64,000 bases of DNA from Candidatus Eisenbacteria bacterium RBG_16_71_46 (GCA_001780165.1 MFFQ01000124.1:2825-66824), one strand, 5' to 3'. Numbered from the stretch's first letter, positions 21,284 to 32,535 are shown. Notes: a model not told the origin generated them from the letters alone. Program-made: numbers and translations.

Positions 21284-22742
21284 TCGTCCCCACCTCGTCC
21301 GAGTTCCGCGCCCTGGCGAAGGGCGGCAGGCTGGTGCCGGTGTACCGCGAGGTATTCGCGGACCACGACACCCCGGTGTCGGCCTTCCGCAAGATCGACG
21401 ACGGTCCGTACGGCTTCCTGCTCGAGAGCGTCGAGGGCGGGGAGAAGTGGGGTCGCTATTCCCTGCTCGGCAGCCGTCCTTCGCTGGTGTTCGTCGCGCA
21501 CGGCGACCGTTGCGAGATCCACGAGGACGGCCGCGTGACGCCCTGCACGCGCCACCCGGTGGAGGAGTTGGCGGCCCTGCTCGCGCGCCATCAGGCCGTA
21601 GCGCTCCCGGGGCTGCCGCGCTTCTGCGGCGGCGCGGTCGGTTATCTGAGCTACGACGCGGTGCGCTGGTTCGAGCGCATCCCCTCGCGGACGCGCGATG
21701 ATCTCCGGCTGCCCGACGCGGTGTTCATGTTCGGCGACGTGGTGAGCGTGTTCGACAACCTCACGCACACCATGAAGGTGGTCACCCACGCCCGTGGGGA
21801 CCGCGACCCGGACGGGGCCTACCGGGCGGCCGTGTCCCGCCTCGAGGCCGAGGTCGAGCGGCTCAAGCGCCCGCTGGCCTGGACCGAGCCGCCGGCGGGG
21901 GAAGCCCCGGCCGAGCCGCGCTCCTCGGCCACCCGCGACGAGTTCCGCCGCGCGGTCGAGACCGCGAAGGAGCACATCCGGGCGGGCGACATCTTCCAGG
22001 TGGTCTTGAGCCACCGCATGAGCGCCCGCGTCTCGCAGCCCGCCTTCGAGGGCTACCGCGCGCTGCGCGTGACCAATCCCTCGCCCTACATGTACTTTCT
22101 CCACCTCGACGGCTTCTCGCTGGTAGGCTCCTCGCCCGAGGTGCTGGTGCGGCGGACCGACGCCACGGTCGAGGTGCGGCCGATCGCCGGCACGCGCCCG
22201 CGCGGGCGAGGTCCCGAAGAGGACCGCCGGATGGAGGACGAGCTGCGCGCGAGCGAGAAGGAGTGCGCGGAGCACGTCATGCTGGTGGACCTCGGGCGCA
22301 ACGACATCGGCCGGGTGTCGCAATTCGGCACCGTGGAGACCAACGAGTACATGGCGGTGGAGCGCTATTCCCAGGTCATGCACCTGGTGTCGAACGTGCG
22401 CGGGCGCGCGCGCCCGGACCTGGGGCCGCTCGACATCGTGCGCGCCTGCTTCCCCGCGGGGACGGTCTCGGGCGCCCCCAAGGTGCGGGCGATGGAGATC
22501 ATCGAGGACCTCGAGCCGGTGCGACGCGGCGTCTACGCGGGCGCGGTCGGTCACTTCGACTACCATGGCAACCTCGATCTGGCGATCGCGATCCGCACGT
22601 TGGTGTATGCCGACGGCCAGGCGCACTGGGGCGCGGGCGCCGGCATCGTCGCCGATTCGGAGCCCGATCACGAGTGGGAGGAGACGCTCAACAAGGGGCG
22701 CGCGCTGTGGCTGGCGGTGCAGCGCGCCGAGCGGGGAAGCGC

Positions 22743-22746
<4 letters not shown>
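21280..22746 (+). CDS. trpE: Anthranilate synthase component I
   Basis: [51 protein letters not shown]. Confidence 0.95.
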
Positions 22747-23329
<583 letters not shown>

Positions 23330-23333
<4 letters not shown>

Positions 23334-24337
23334 TCCAGACGTGCATCGGCAAGTCCGTCCTGCGCGAGAACCTCACCCGCGAGGCCTCGCGCGAGTGCAT
23401 GGAGCAGGTCCTCAACGGCGAGGCCACCGCGGCGCAGATCGCCGGCTTGGCCATCGCGCTGCGCATGAAGGGGGAGACGCCCGAGGAGATTGCCGGCATG
23501 GCCGAGGCGATGCGCCGGCGGGTCCCCCCGCTGCGCACGCGCCGGAGCCCGCTGATCGACACCTGCGGCACCGGCGGCGACAACGCCGGCACCTTCAACA
23601 TCTCCACCACCGTGGCGATCGTCACCGCGAGCTGCGGGGTGGCGGTCGCCAAGCACGGCAACCGCGCGGTGTCGAGCCGCACCGGGAGCGCCGACGTGCT
23701 GGAGTCGCTCGGGGTGCGCATCGACCTGACCCCCGAGGCGGCGGGCCGCTCGCTCGACTTCCTGGGCATCACCTTCCTCTTCGCCCCCAACTACCACACC
23801 GCGCTGCGCTACGCGGCGGCGCCGCGGCGCGAGATCGGCGTGCGCACCGTGTTCAACCTGCTCGGTCCGCTCACCAACCCGGCGGGCGCCACGCGCCAGC
23901 TGCTCGGCGTGTTCGCCGACACCCTGGTGCGCCCGGTGGCCGAGGTGCTGCGCGGGCTCGGCAGCGAGCGCGCCTGGGTGGTCCACGGCCGCGACGGCCT
24001 CGACGAGCTGACGGTGTTCGCCCGGAGCCACGTCGCCGAGCTGCTGGACGGCAAGATCCGCGAGTTCGAGCTCGATCCGGCCTCCCTTGGGCTCGCCGAC
24101 ACCGACCGCTCCGCGATCGCCGGCGGCACCCCGGCGGAGAACGCCGCCAAGATCCGCTCGGTCCTGGAGGGCGCGCGCGGACCGGCACGCGACATCGTGG
24201 TGCTCAACACCGCGGCCGCGCTGTGGGTGGCGGGTGTCGTCGAGAGCGTCGAGGAGGGGGTCGAGCGCGCGACCCTGGCGCTCGAATCCGGCAAGGCCGC
24301 AGCCAAGCTCGCCGACCTCGCCGCCTTCCGCGGCTGA
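23330..24337 (+). CDS. trpD: Anthranilate phosphoribosyltransferase
   Basis: [27 protein letters not shown]; TTG start after AAGGAG. Confidence 0.96.
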
Positions 24338-24366
24338 GCACCGGCGCACCTCACCCAGGAGAGCCC

Positions 24367-25182
24367 ATGTCCGCCACACCCTCTGACTTTCTGACCCGTA
24401 TCGCCGACGACCGCCGGCGCCGCGTCGAGCAGGCCATGCAGCGCGTGCCGGGTCACGCGTTGCGCGAGCGACTGGGCCCGGCGCCACCCGCCGGCCGGCT
24501 GGAGCGCGCGCTGCGGCGCGGGACGCCGCGCGAGCCGCTGCGGCTGCTGTGCGAGGTCAAGCACACCTCGCCGGCCCGCGGGGTCCTGCGCGCGGACGTC
24601 GATCCGGTGGCGATGGCGCGGCTCTACGAGAAGGGGGGAGCGGCGGCGGTGTCATTGGTGACCGAGCCCGATCACTTCCACGGCGACCCGGCCTGGATCG
24701 ACGCGGTGCGGCCGGCGGTGACTCTGCCGATCCTGGCCAAGGACTTCGTGATCGACTCCTACCAGCTCCTGGATGCCGCGGTGCGCGGCGCCGACGGCGT
24801 GTTGCTGCTCGCCGCACTGCTCTCGGACGTGCAGCTCCAGCGCCTGATCGGCGAAGGGCGGATGCTGGGGCTGGATGCGCTGGTCGAAGTGCACGACGGC
24901 CAGGAGCTGATCCGCGTCCTGCGCGCGGGCGCCACTCTGGTCGGGATCAACAACCGCGACCTGCGCACCTTCGAGGTGGATCTCGGGACCTCGCTCGCCT
25001 TGCTGCCGCTGGTCCCGACGCTGGTGACGGCGGTCGTCGAGAGCGGGCTCTCGACCCCCGAGGACCTGGCGCGCCTGCGCGCGACGCGCTGCGACGCGGT
25101 GCTGATGGGCGAGGTGTTCATGACCAGCCCGGATCCGGCGAAGACGCTCTCCACGCTGGCCGCCGCGGCGCGCGGCTCATGA
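24367..25182 (+). CDS. trpC: Indole-3-glycerol phosphate synthase
   Basis: EVK..SP, LPILAKDF, EVH, GINNRDLRTF, ESG. Confidence 0.94.
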   Translation: MSATPSDFLTRIADDRRRRVEQAMQRVPGHALRERLGPAPPAGRLERALRRGTPREPLRLLCEVKHTSPARGVLRADVDPVAMARLYEKGGAAAVSLVTEPDHFHGDPAWIDAVRPAVTLPILAKDFVIDSYQLLDAAVRGADGVLLLAALLSDVQLQRLIGEGRMLGLDALVEVHDGQELIRVLRAGATLVGINNRDLRTFEVDLGTSLALLPLVPTLVTAVVESGLSTPEDLARLRATRCDAVLMGEVFMTSPDPAKTLSTLAAAARGS

Positions 25183-25832
25183 CCGCAGGCGGCGCGGCGC
25201 GGCGCACCGTGGTCAAGGTGTGCGGGCTGTCGCGGCTGGAGGACGCTCGCGCCGCGCTCGAGGCGGGAGCCGACTGGCTCGGCTTCGTGGTCGCGGGCGA
25301 GAGCCCGCGCCGCATCGACGCCGCGCGCGCGGGGGAGATCCTCGCCGCACTCCCCGGCGCCCACGGGGTGGCGGTGATGGTGGCGCCACGGCCGGACGAG
25401 GCGCTGGACCTCGCGCGGCGCGCGGGAGCGGCGCGGGTCCAGCTCCACCGCGTGGAGGCCGCGTCCTGGCCCGACGACTTCCCGCTCCCGGTGGTGTTCG
25501 CCTTGCCGGTGGGGCACGAGGGGCCGGCGGCGGCGCTGCCCCACGAGCGCCACCTCCTGCTGCTCGACGCCGCGCACCCCACGCTCGCCGGCGGCACCGG
25601 CGAGAGCTTCGACTGGTCGCTGGCCGCGGACCTGGCGCGGACCCGCCGCCTGCTGCTCGCGGGCGGTCTCGACGGTGACAACGTCGCCCTGGCGCTCGAG
25701 CGGGTGCGCCCGTTCGGCGTGGATGCGTCCTCGCGCCTCGAGCGCGAGCCCGGAGTCAAGGACCACGATCGGGTGCGGCGCTTCGTCGCCGCCGTGAGGG
25801 CCTTCGATGCCCGCATCGACCAGCACGCCTGA
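25179..25832 (+). CDS. trpF: Phosphoribosylanthranilate isomerase
   Basis: [36 protein letters not shown]. Confidence 0.93.
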   Translation: MTAGGAARRTVVKVCGLSRLEDARAALEAGADWLGFVVAGESPRRIDAARAGEILAALPGAHGVAVMVAPRPDEALDLARRAGAARVQLHRVEAASWPDDFPLPVVFALPVGHEGPAAALPHERHLLLLDAAHPTLAGGTGESFDWSLAADLARTRRLLLAGGLDGDNVALALERVRPFGVDASSRLEREPGVKDHDRVRRFVAAVRAFDARIDQHA

Positions 25833-27045
25833 CGCCACCGGGCACTTCGGCCCCTTCGGCGGGCGCTACGTGCCCGAGACTCTCATCCACGCCCTCGACC
25901 AGCTCGAGGCCGAGTACCGGCGCGCGCGCGAGGACCGCGGGTTCGCGGCGGAGCTGGAGTCCGCCCTGCGCGACTTCGCCGGGAGACCGACGCCGTTGCT
26001 GCGGGCGTCGCGCTTCTCGGAGGCCGCCGGCTGCGAGGTGTTCCTCAAGCGCGAGGACCTGCTCCACACCGGCGCGCACAAGATCAACAACACCATCGGC
26101 CAGTGCCTGCTCGCCCGCCGCATGGGCAAGCCGCGGGTGATCGCCGAGACCGGCGCCGGCCAGCACGGCGTGGCGACCGCCGCGGCCGCGGCGCGCTTCG
26201 GGCTCGAATGCGTCGTCTACATGGGGACCGAGGACGCGCGTCGCCAGCATCTCAACGTCGAGCGCATGAAGCTGCTCGGCGCCGAGGTGCGTGAGGTGGA
26301 CTCCGGCAGCCGCACGCTCAAGGACGCGATCAACGAGGCGCTGCGCGACTGGGTCACCCGTGTCGAGGACACCCACTACGTGCTGGGCTCGGTGCTGGGG
26401 CCGCATCCGTTTCCGATGCTGGTGCGCGACTTTCATCGCGTCATCGGGATTGAGACCCGCGCGCAGTTCGCGGCCGCCGCCGGCGGCCTGCCCGACCTGC
26501 TGGTGGCGTGCGTGGGCGGGGGGAGCAACGCCATCGGGCTGTTCCACGAGTTCCTCGACGACCGCGCGGTGCACAAGGTGGGGGTGGAGGCCGGCGGCCA
26601 CGGCATCGCTTCGGGCCTCCACGCCGCGCGCATGGTGGAGAAGAGCGTCGGCGTGCTGCACGGCACGCGCACCCTGCTGCTCCAGGACGAGCGCGGGATG
26701 ATCCGCGAGACCCACTCGGTCTCCGCCGGGCTCGACTACCCGGCGATCGGCCCGGAGCACGCCTGGCTCGCGCAGCAGGGCCTGGTCGAGTACGCCCACG
26801 CCACCGACGAGGAGGCGCTCGCGGCGTTCGAGACGCTGTCGAGGCTCGAGGGCATCCTGCCCGCGCTCGAGACCGCGCACGCGCTGGCCTGGGTGCTGCG
26901 CGAGGGGCGCGGTCTCGGCGCCACGACCCGGGCGGTGGTCAACCTCTCCGGCCGCGGCGACAAGGACGTCAGCGAGGTGCTGCGGGTGCTGGCGGCCCGC
27001 GACCCCGCGGCGCCGGGCGGTTCGCCGCCGGCCGGGCGCCCGTGA
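25807..27045 (+). CDS. trpB: Tryptophan synthase beta subunit (TrpB1 type)
   Basis: [24 protein letters not shown] (PLP Lys), [24 protein letters not shown]. Confidence 0.97.
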   Translation: MPASTSTPDATGHFGPFGGRYVPETLIHALDQLEAEYRRAREDRGFAAELESALRDFAGRPTPLLRASRFSEAAGCEVFLKREDLLHTGAHKINNTIGQCLLARRMGKPRVIAETGAGQHGVATAAAAARFGLECVVYMGTEDARRQHLNVERMKLLGAEVREVDSGSRTLKDAINEALRDWVTRVEDTHYVLGSVLGPHPFPMLVRDFHRVIGIETRAQFAAAAGGLPDLLVACVGGGSNAIGLFHEFLDDRAVHKVGVEAGGHGIASGLHAARMVEKSVGVLHGTRTLLLQDERGMIRETHSVSAGLDYPAIGPEHAWLAQQGLVEYAHATDEEALAAFETLSRLEGILPALETAHALAWVLREGRGLGATTRAVVNLSGRGDKDVSEVLRVLAARDPAAPGGSPPAGRP

Positions 27046-27059
27046 ACGAGGACGCGGCC

Positions 27060-27089
27060 GTGACCGCGGCGTCGTTCCTGTGCTATAAA
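27060..27089 (+). promoter_or_regulatory. Extended -10 promoter for tRNA-Arg
   Basis: TGcTATAAA at 27081-27089, 10 nt upstream of the tRNA; weak -35 GTGACC. Confidence 0.5.
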
Positions 27090-27099
27090 CGCTGGTCGC

Positions 27100-27176
27100 G
27101 CGCCCGTAGCTCAATTGGATAGAGCGTTAGCCTCCGGAGCTAAAGGTTACAGGTTCGATTCCTGTCGGGCGCACCA
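27100..27176 (+). tRNA. tRNA-Arg (anticodon CCG)
   Basis: Acceptor gcgcccg/cgggcgc, anticodon arm ttagc-ctCCGga-gctaa, T-loop ttcgatt, encoded CCA. Confidence 0.96.
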
Positions 27177-27286
27177 CCTCGTGACCGCTCCTACCCCCGG
27201 TTTCCCGTCCCGCGCGCCGATCGTGGCGGCCCGGCGCCTTCGGGCCCGCGCCGGGCCGTTCTCGGGCGGCTGCCCCCGGCGGCGAC

Positions 27287-28327
27287 ATGCATCCACCTGA
27301 CGCCCACGATCGCTTCCGTCCCCACGCCGTGCGCGAGCTGGCGGGGATGTTCGACGACGTCTCCCCGAGCTACGACCTGCTCAATCGGCTCATGAGCCTG
27401 GGCCAGGACCGGGCGTGGCGCGCGGCCCTCGCCCGCGCGGTTCCCGCGGAGGCGCGCCTGGTGCTCGACCTGTGCACCGGCGGCGGCGCCTCGCTCTCCG
27501 GACTCAGGCGCCCGGGGCGGCTGGTGCTCGGCATGGACGCGAGCCTCGGCATGCTCGCGCGCGCGGCGGCGGGCCACGCCGGGCCGGGGTGGGCGCCGCG
27601 GCTCGCCTGCGCCGACGCGTTCCACCTGCCGCTGCGCGATGCCGCGCTCGACGCGGTGACGCTGGCGTTCGGCATGCGCAACCTGCGCCCGCGCCGCGCG
27701 GCGCTCGCCGAGCTGGCGCGGGTGATCCGGCCGGGGGGCACGCTGGCGGTGCTCGAGGCCACCGCGCCGGCACCGGGGATGCTGCGCCCGCTGCACGCGT
27801 TCTTCCTGCGGCGCGTCGTGGCCGCGCTCGGCCGGCTCTCGCCCGACCCCAGCGCTTACGTCTACCTCGGCCGCTCGATTTTCGAGTTCGGCTCTGGCGA
27901 CGAATTCGAGCGCGATCTCCTGGAGGCGGGGTTCGGGCGGGGGGCGAGCACCCGCTTCCTGCTCGGGGCCACCCGCCTGTGGGTGACCCGTCGCCGGGCG
28001 GCCGCCGGCGAGACTAGGTTCGTCCCGGCGGGAGACGTGCAAAATGCGAGCGGGTGGGGGGCCGGACGGCGCGAAATGCCCCAGGCCGCCTCCGGGCGCG
28101 AGGGGGAGTGGAGGCTCTGGTCCGGTGCCCAGGCGCTGGTATCCGCCGCACTGTTCATCGCCCTGGCTTACGGCCTGTGGGTATTCGTCAACTACCAGGA
28201 CCAGTTGCCGTTGGAGCCCTGGCAGCGGACCGGGATGGGGTGGCTGCTGGCTGGCGGGGCGCTGGTGTTCGGGGCCCGCGCGCTGGTCCTGCTGGTTCGC
28301 TTTCTCGGACCTCCCCCGCGGGCGTAA
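27287..28327 (+). CDS. UbiE/MenG-family SAM methyltransferase with a C-terminal two-TM extension
   Basis: MFDDVSPSYDLLNRLMSLGQDRAWR, LDLCTG, AFGMRN, AYVYL..SI; hydrophobic tail. Confidence 0.85.
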   Translation: MHPPDAHDRFRPHAVRELAGMFDDVSPSYDLLNRLMSLGQDRAWRAALARAVPAEARLVLDLCTGGGASLSGLRRPGRLVLGMDASLGMLARAAAGHAGPGWAPRLACADAFHLPLRDAALDAVTLAFGMRNLRPRRAALAELARVIRPGGTLAVLEATAPAPGMLRPLHAFFLRRVVAALGRLSPDPSAYVYLGRSIFEFGSGDEFERDLLEAGFGRGASTRFLLGATRLWVTRRRAAAGETRFVPAGDVQNASGWGAGRREMPQAASGREGEWRLWSGAQALVSAALFIALAYGLWVFVNYQDQLPLEPWQRTGMGWLLAGGALVFGARALVLLVRFLGPPPRA

Positions 28328-28340
28328 ACCCTGATTTTCG

Positions 28341-28357
28341 TTGGCATAGGCGTTGCG
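28341..28357 (+). promoter_or_regulatory. sigma54 (-24/-12) promoter
   Basis: TTGGCATAGGCGTTGCG with GG at 28343-44, N10, GC at 28355-56; in the intergenic gap about 50 nt before the GGDEF gene. Confidence 0.75.
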
Positions 28358-28408
28358 TATCCGAAGTGCACCTCCTCCTTTGTTCACTCAAGCAAGGACG
28401 CGACGCGC

Positions 28409-29419
28409 ATGCCGAGTCCGCAACGGGTTCTCCAGGCACTGACCGAGCACGGCGGCCGTCCCGCCGCGCGCACGCGTCCCGCGCTCATCCAGCGCGTGCT
28501 CGAGACCGCCCTGCTGATGGTGGAGGGCCGCGGCGCGGTGGTCCAGGCGACGCGCGGACGCCGGATCGAGCGCTACTGGCTGCGGCGCGGCATGCGCGAG
28601 GTCGAGGCCATCGAGGATCCGCCCGGCGGCACCGAGTTCCTGCGTCTCCTGGGCCGCGGCGGCGCTCCGGTGATGGTCGCCGACGTCGAAAAGGACGGCC
28701 ACCTCACCGCCGAGGACCGCTGCCCCGGGGTGGCGGGAGGGCCGGCGCTGTTCGTGCCGCTGCGCCAGCGCGAGCAGCTCTGGGGCAGCCTCGCGGTCTA
28801 TCGCGGACGCGGGGAGCGTCCGTTCGGCCCCAAGGACATCGGCCTGGTCTCGCTGCTCGCCGCCTGGACGTCGCTGGCGTTCGAGAACCTGCGTCTCTCC
28901 GAGAGCCTCGAGCGGCTCGCCGTGACCGACGACCTCACCCAGGTGTACAACTTCCGCTACCTCAAGAGCGCGCTGCGCCGCGAGATCAAGCGCGCCGGCC
29001 GCTACCGGCAGGACCTCTCGCTGGTCATGATCGATGTGGACAACCTCAAGGGCTACAACGACCGGTTCGGGCACCTGCGCGGCAGCTCCCTGCTCAAGGA
29101 GATCGCCGCGCGTTTCTTGGCGCAGGTGCGCTCGTTCGACATCATCGCCAAGTACGGCGGCGACGAGTTCACGCTGATCCTGCCGCAGACCGAACGCGAG
29201 GGAGCGCGGATCGTGGCCGAGCGCATGCGCGAGTCCATCGCCAACCATGGCTTTCCGCTCGCCGAGGCCGGGAAGATCACCATCAGCCTCGGCGTGGCGA
29301 CCTATCCGCACGACGCGGCGGACGCCCACGGGCTGATCCAGGCCGCGGACCGCGCCCTCTACCGGGCGAAGAAGGCGGGGCGGAACCGGGTGGCGACGAC
29401 CATGGACCGGGCCGCCTGA
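28409..29419 (+). CDS. GAF-GGDEF diguanylate cyclase
   Basis: TDDLT.VYN, DVDNLK.YND.FGH, RSFD I-site, KYGGDEF, ADRALYRAK..GRN. Confidence 0.93.
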   Translation: MPSPQRVLQALTEHGGRPAARTRPALIQRVLETALLMVEGRGAVVQATRGRRIERYWLRRGMREVEAIEDPPGGTEFLRLLGRGGAPVMVADVEKDGHLTAEDRCPGVAGGPALFVPLRQREQLWGSLAVYRGRGERPFGPKDIGLVSLLAAWTSLAFENLRLSESLERLAVTDDLTQVYNFRYLKSALRREIKRAGRYRQDLSLVMIDVDNLKGYNDRFGHLRGSSLLKEIAARFLAQVRSFDIIAKYGGDEFTLILPQTEREGARIVAERMRESIANHGFPLAEAGKITISLGVATYPHDAADAHGLIQAADRALYRAKKAGRNRVATTMDRAA

Positions 29420-29493
29420 TGCGACGGCCGCCGCGCGCGGCCCGCGTGGAGCGGCGCCGGCCGGTCCAGAGCGACGCTCGCCGCTCGGTTGCG

Positions 29494-29523
29494 TTGACCC
29501 TCCGCCGGAACCGCTGTTAGACT
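29494..29523 (+). promoter_or_regulatory. sigma70-type promoter for the sugar-modification triad
   Basis: TTGACC (29494-99), 18 bp, TGt-TAGACT (extended -10, 29518-23). Confidence 0.55.
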
Positions 29524-29589
29524 CGCGCGCCGCCGAACGCCGGGATGGGCGTCCGGCATCGTGCTGTGGGCGGAAGGAGAGGCGAAACG

Positions 29590-30627
29590 GTGGCGGATCC
29601 GATCGGCATCGGGGTGGTGGGCACCGGCGACTGGGGCGCGAATCTCGTGCGCAACTTCGCCAGCCTGCCCGAGGCGCGTCTGGTCGCCCTGTGCGACACC
29701 GACCCCAAGCACCTCGCGCGTACCGCCGCCCGGTACCCCGGCGCGCGTGCGGTTGCCGACGTCGCCGAGATCGCGGGTGATCCCGCGGTGCGGGCGGTCG
29801 TGGTCTCCGCCTCGGCGGTGAGCCACTATCCCGTCGCCCGGGCGATGATCGAGGCGGGCAAGGACGTCTTCGTCGAGAAACCGCTCGCCCTCCAGGTGGA
29901 CCAGGCCGAGGCGCTGGTCCGGCTCGCGCGCGAGCGCGAGCGCGTGCTGATGGTCGGGCACCTGCTCCTCTATCACCCGGGCGTGCGCTACCTCAAGGAG
30001 CTGGTGCGGAGCGGCGACCTGGGCGACGTCCTCTACATCTACTCCCAGCGGGTGAACCTGGGCAAGGTGCGCCGGGACGAGAACGCGTTGTGGAGCTTCG
30101 CCCCGCACGACCTCTCGGTGATCCTGCACCTGCTCGAGGTCGAGCCGCTCGACGTCGTGGCGCGCGGCTCGGCGTTCCTCCAGGGCAAGGTCGAGGACGT
30201 GGTCTTCGTGGACCTGCGCTTCCCGGGCGGACGGATCGCCCACGTCCACGTTTCGTGGCTCGATCCCCACAAGCTGCGCAAGTTCACGGTCGTCGGCTCG
30301 CGGAAGATGGTGGTGTTCGACGACATGGAGGCCAGCGAGAAGATCAAGATCTACGACAAGGGCGTGGACCGCGGAGGAGAGGTGGTCTCCTACGGCGACT
30401 CGCTCACGGTGCGCAGCGGCGACATCCTCATCCCGCGCATCTCGCTGCAGGAGCCGCTCACCCTCGAGTGCCGGCACTTCCTCGAGTGCGTCCGCGACCG
30501 TCGCACCCCGCTCACCGACGGCGCCGATGGCCTGCGGGTCGTCAAGGTGCTGGCGGCGGCCCAGGCCTCGCTCGACGCGGGCGGAACACCGGTGGCGATC
30601 GCTCCCGCGACCCAGGAGGTCGCGTGA
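29590..30627 (+). CDS. Gfo/Idh/MocA-family NAD-dependent oxidoreductase (WlbA/WbpB-like)
   Basis: GVVGTGDWG, FVEKPLA, LMVGH, APHD; GTG after GGAAGGAG. Confidence 0.88.
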   Translation: MADPIGIGVVGTGDWGANLVRNFASLPEARLVALCDTDPKHLARTAARYPGARAVADVAEIAGDPAVRAVVVSASAVSHYPVARAMIEAGKDVFVEKPLALQVDQAEALVRLARERERVLMVGHLLLYHPGVRYLKELVRSGDLGDVLYIYSQRVNLGKVRRDENALWSFAPHDLSVILHLLEVEPLDVVARGSAFLQGKVEDVVFVDLRFPGGRIAHVHVSWLDPHKLRKFTVVGSRKMVVFDDMEASEKIKIYDKGVDRGGEVVSYGDSLTVRSGDILIPRISLQEPLTLECRHFLECVRDRRTPLTDGADGLRVVKVLAAAQASLDAGGTPVAIAPATQEVA

Positions 30628-31382
30628 CCGGCATGATCCATCCGAGCGCGACGGTCGCCGCCGACGCCACCTTCGGCGAGTACTGCGTCATCGGCGCCCA
30701 GGCGCGGATCGGCTCCGGCTGCCGCATCGGACACCACGTCGTCATCCACGCCGACACCGTGGTCGGGAACGACGTGCGGATCGACGACCACGCCAGCCTC
30801 GGCAAGTTGCCGATGCGCGCCGCCAACTCGGCGACCACCAAGGAGCAGGCCCTGCCGCCGCTGACGCTCGGCGACCTGGCGATCGTCGGCACCGGCGTGG
30901 TGCTGTACCGCGGCGCCACGATCGAGGGCAAGGTGCTGATTGCCGATCTCGCCACGGTGCGCGAGAACGTCTCGATCGGCCGCGGCACGATCGTCGGCCG
31001 CGGGGTGACGGTGGAGAACTTCTGCACCATCGGCCGGTTCTGCAAGCTCGAGAGCGAGTGCTACATCACCGCCTACTCCGCGCTCGAGGACCGCGTGTTC
31101 GTCGCACCCGGCGTGGTCACCTCCAACGACAACTACGTCGGCCGCACCGCCGAGCGCTTCAAGCACTTCAAGGGCGTCACCGTGCGCCGCGGCGGTCGCG
31201 TCGGTGCCGGCGCCGTGGTGCTGCCCGGGGTCACGATCGGCGAGGACGGCCTGGTGGCCGCCGGCTCGGTCGTGACTCGCGACGTCGCGCCGCGCACCAT
31301 CGTGATGGGCGCGCCGGCCAAGCGCTGGCGCGACGTGCCGGTCGAACAGTGGCTCGAAAACCAGGGCTGGGTGGATTCCTGA
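30624..31382 (+). CDS. Hexapeptide-repeat (left-handed beta-helix) N-acetyltransferase (WlbB/WbpD-like)
   Basis: IHPSA, hexapeptide repeats, FVAPGVVTSND, VAAGSVVTRDV, GAPAK. Confidence 0.85.
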   Translation: MTGMIHPSATVAADATFGEYCVIGAQARIGSGCRIGHHVVIHADTVVGNDVRIDDHASLGKLPMRAANSATTKEQALPPLTLGDLAIVGTGVVLYRGATIEGKVLIADLATVRENVSIGRGTIVGRGVTVENFCTIGRFCKLESECYITAYSALEDRVFVAPGVVTSNDNYVGRTAERFKHFKGVTVRRGGRVGAGAVVLPGVTIGEDGLVAAGSVVTRDVAPRTIVMGAPAKRWRDVPVEQWLENQGWVDS

Positions 31383-31404
31383 CCCATGGAAAGGACCTGA
31401 CACC

Positions 31405-32535
31405 ATGTGCGCGATGCCGACCCGCGCGGCGATGACCGTGCCGCTGCTCGACCTCAAGGCGCAGTACGCCGACATCCGGCGCGACGTGGACGACGCCGTG
31501 CGGCGCGTGATGGAGAGCGCGCGCTTCATCGGCGGACCCGAAGTGGCGGCCCTCGAGGAGGAGGTCGCCCGCTACTCGCAGTGCGCGCACGGCGTGGGCT
31601 GCGCCTCCGGCACGGATGCCCTGCTGCTGTCGCTGCGCGCGCTCGGCGTCGGACCCGGCGACGAGGTCGTCACCAGCGCCTACTCGTTCTTCGCCAGCGC
31701 CGGGGTCGTCGCCAACGTCGGCGCGACTCCGGTGTTCGTGGACATCGACCCGCGGACCTACAACCTCGACCCCCACCGCCTCGAGGCGGCCGTCACGCCG
31801 CGCACCAAGGCGGTGATCGCGGTGGATCTCTACGGCCAGTGCTGCGACCTCGCCGCGGTGCGCAGTGTCTGCGACAAGCACCACGTCTGGCTGATCGAGG
31901 ACGCGGCGCAGGCGATCGGCTCGGAGTGGGAGGGGAAGCGCGCCGGCTCGATCGCCGACTTCGGCTGTTTCTCGTTCTTCCCGTCCAAGAACCTCGGCGG
32001 CGCGGGCGATGGCGGCATGATCGTCTCGCAGGACCCCGAGCGCGCCGACCGCGCGCGCCTGCTGCGCGAGCACGGCGCCCGCCCCAAGTACCACCACACG
32101 CTGGTCGGCACCAACTCCCGGCTCGACGCCCTGCAGGCCGCGATCCTGAGGGTGAAGCTGCGCCACCTCGACCGCTGGAGCGAGGCGCGGGCCCGCAATG
32201 CCGCGCTCTACAACCAGCTGTTCGAGGGCTCGCGCGTCGGCCGCCCGTTTCACGATCCGCGCACCCGGCACATCTACAACCAGTACGTGGTCCGGCTGCA
32301 GAAGCGCGACGAGGTCCGGCAGCATCTCGCCGACCGCGGCATCGGTTCCGAGATCTACTACCCGGTGCCGCTCCACGTGCAGAAGTGCTTCGCCATGCTG
32401 GGATACAAGCCGGGGGACATGCCGAATGCCGAGGCCGCGGCGCAGGAGACGCTCGCGCTCCCGATCTACCCCGAACTGACGGAGGACCAGATCCGCTACG
32501 TCGCCGCCACCGTGCGCGACTTCACCGACTCGTAG
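31405..32535 (+). CDS. DegT/DnrJ/EryC1/StrS PLP aminotransferase (WlbC/WbpE-like)
   Basis: SGTDAL, IEDAAQAIG, SFFPSKNLG..GDGG, NSRLDALQAA, LPIYPEL. Confidence 0.93.
   Translation: MCAMPTRAAMTVPLLDLKAQYADIRRDVDDAVRRVMESARFIGGPEVAALEEEVARYSQCAHGVGCASGTDALLLSLRALGVGPGDEVVTSAYSFFASAGVVANVGATPVFVDIDPRTYNLDPHRLEAAVTPRTKAVIAVDLYGQCCDLAAVRSVCDKHHVWLIEDAAQAIGSEWEGKRAGSIADFGCFSFFPSKNLGGAGDGGMIVSQDPERADRARLLREHGARPKYHHTLVGTNSRLDALQAAILRVKLRHLDRWSEARARNAALYNQLFEGSRVGRPFHDPRTRHIYNQYVVRLQKRDEVRQHLADRGIGSEIYYPVPLHVQKCFAMLGYKPGDMPNAEAAAQETLALPIYPELTEDQIRYVAATVRDFTDS

Noticed and set aside
27100-27290. tRNA-Arg or tRNA-Val as an integration site of a genomic island
   Set aside because: I saw no adjacent integrase and no duplicated tRNA 3' end; the flanking genes are housekeeping.
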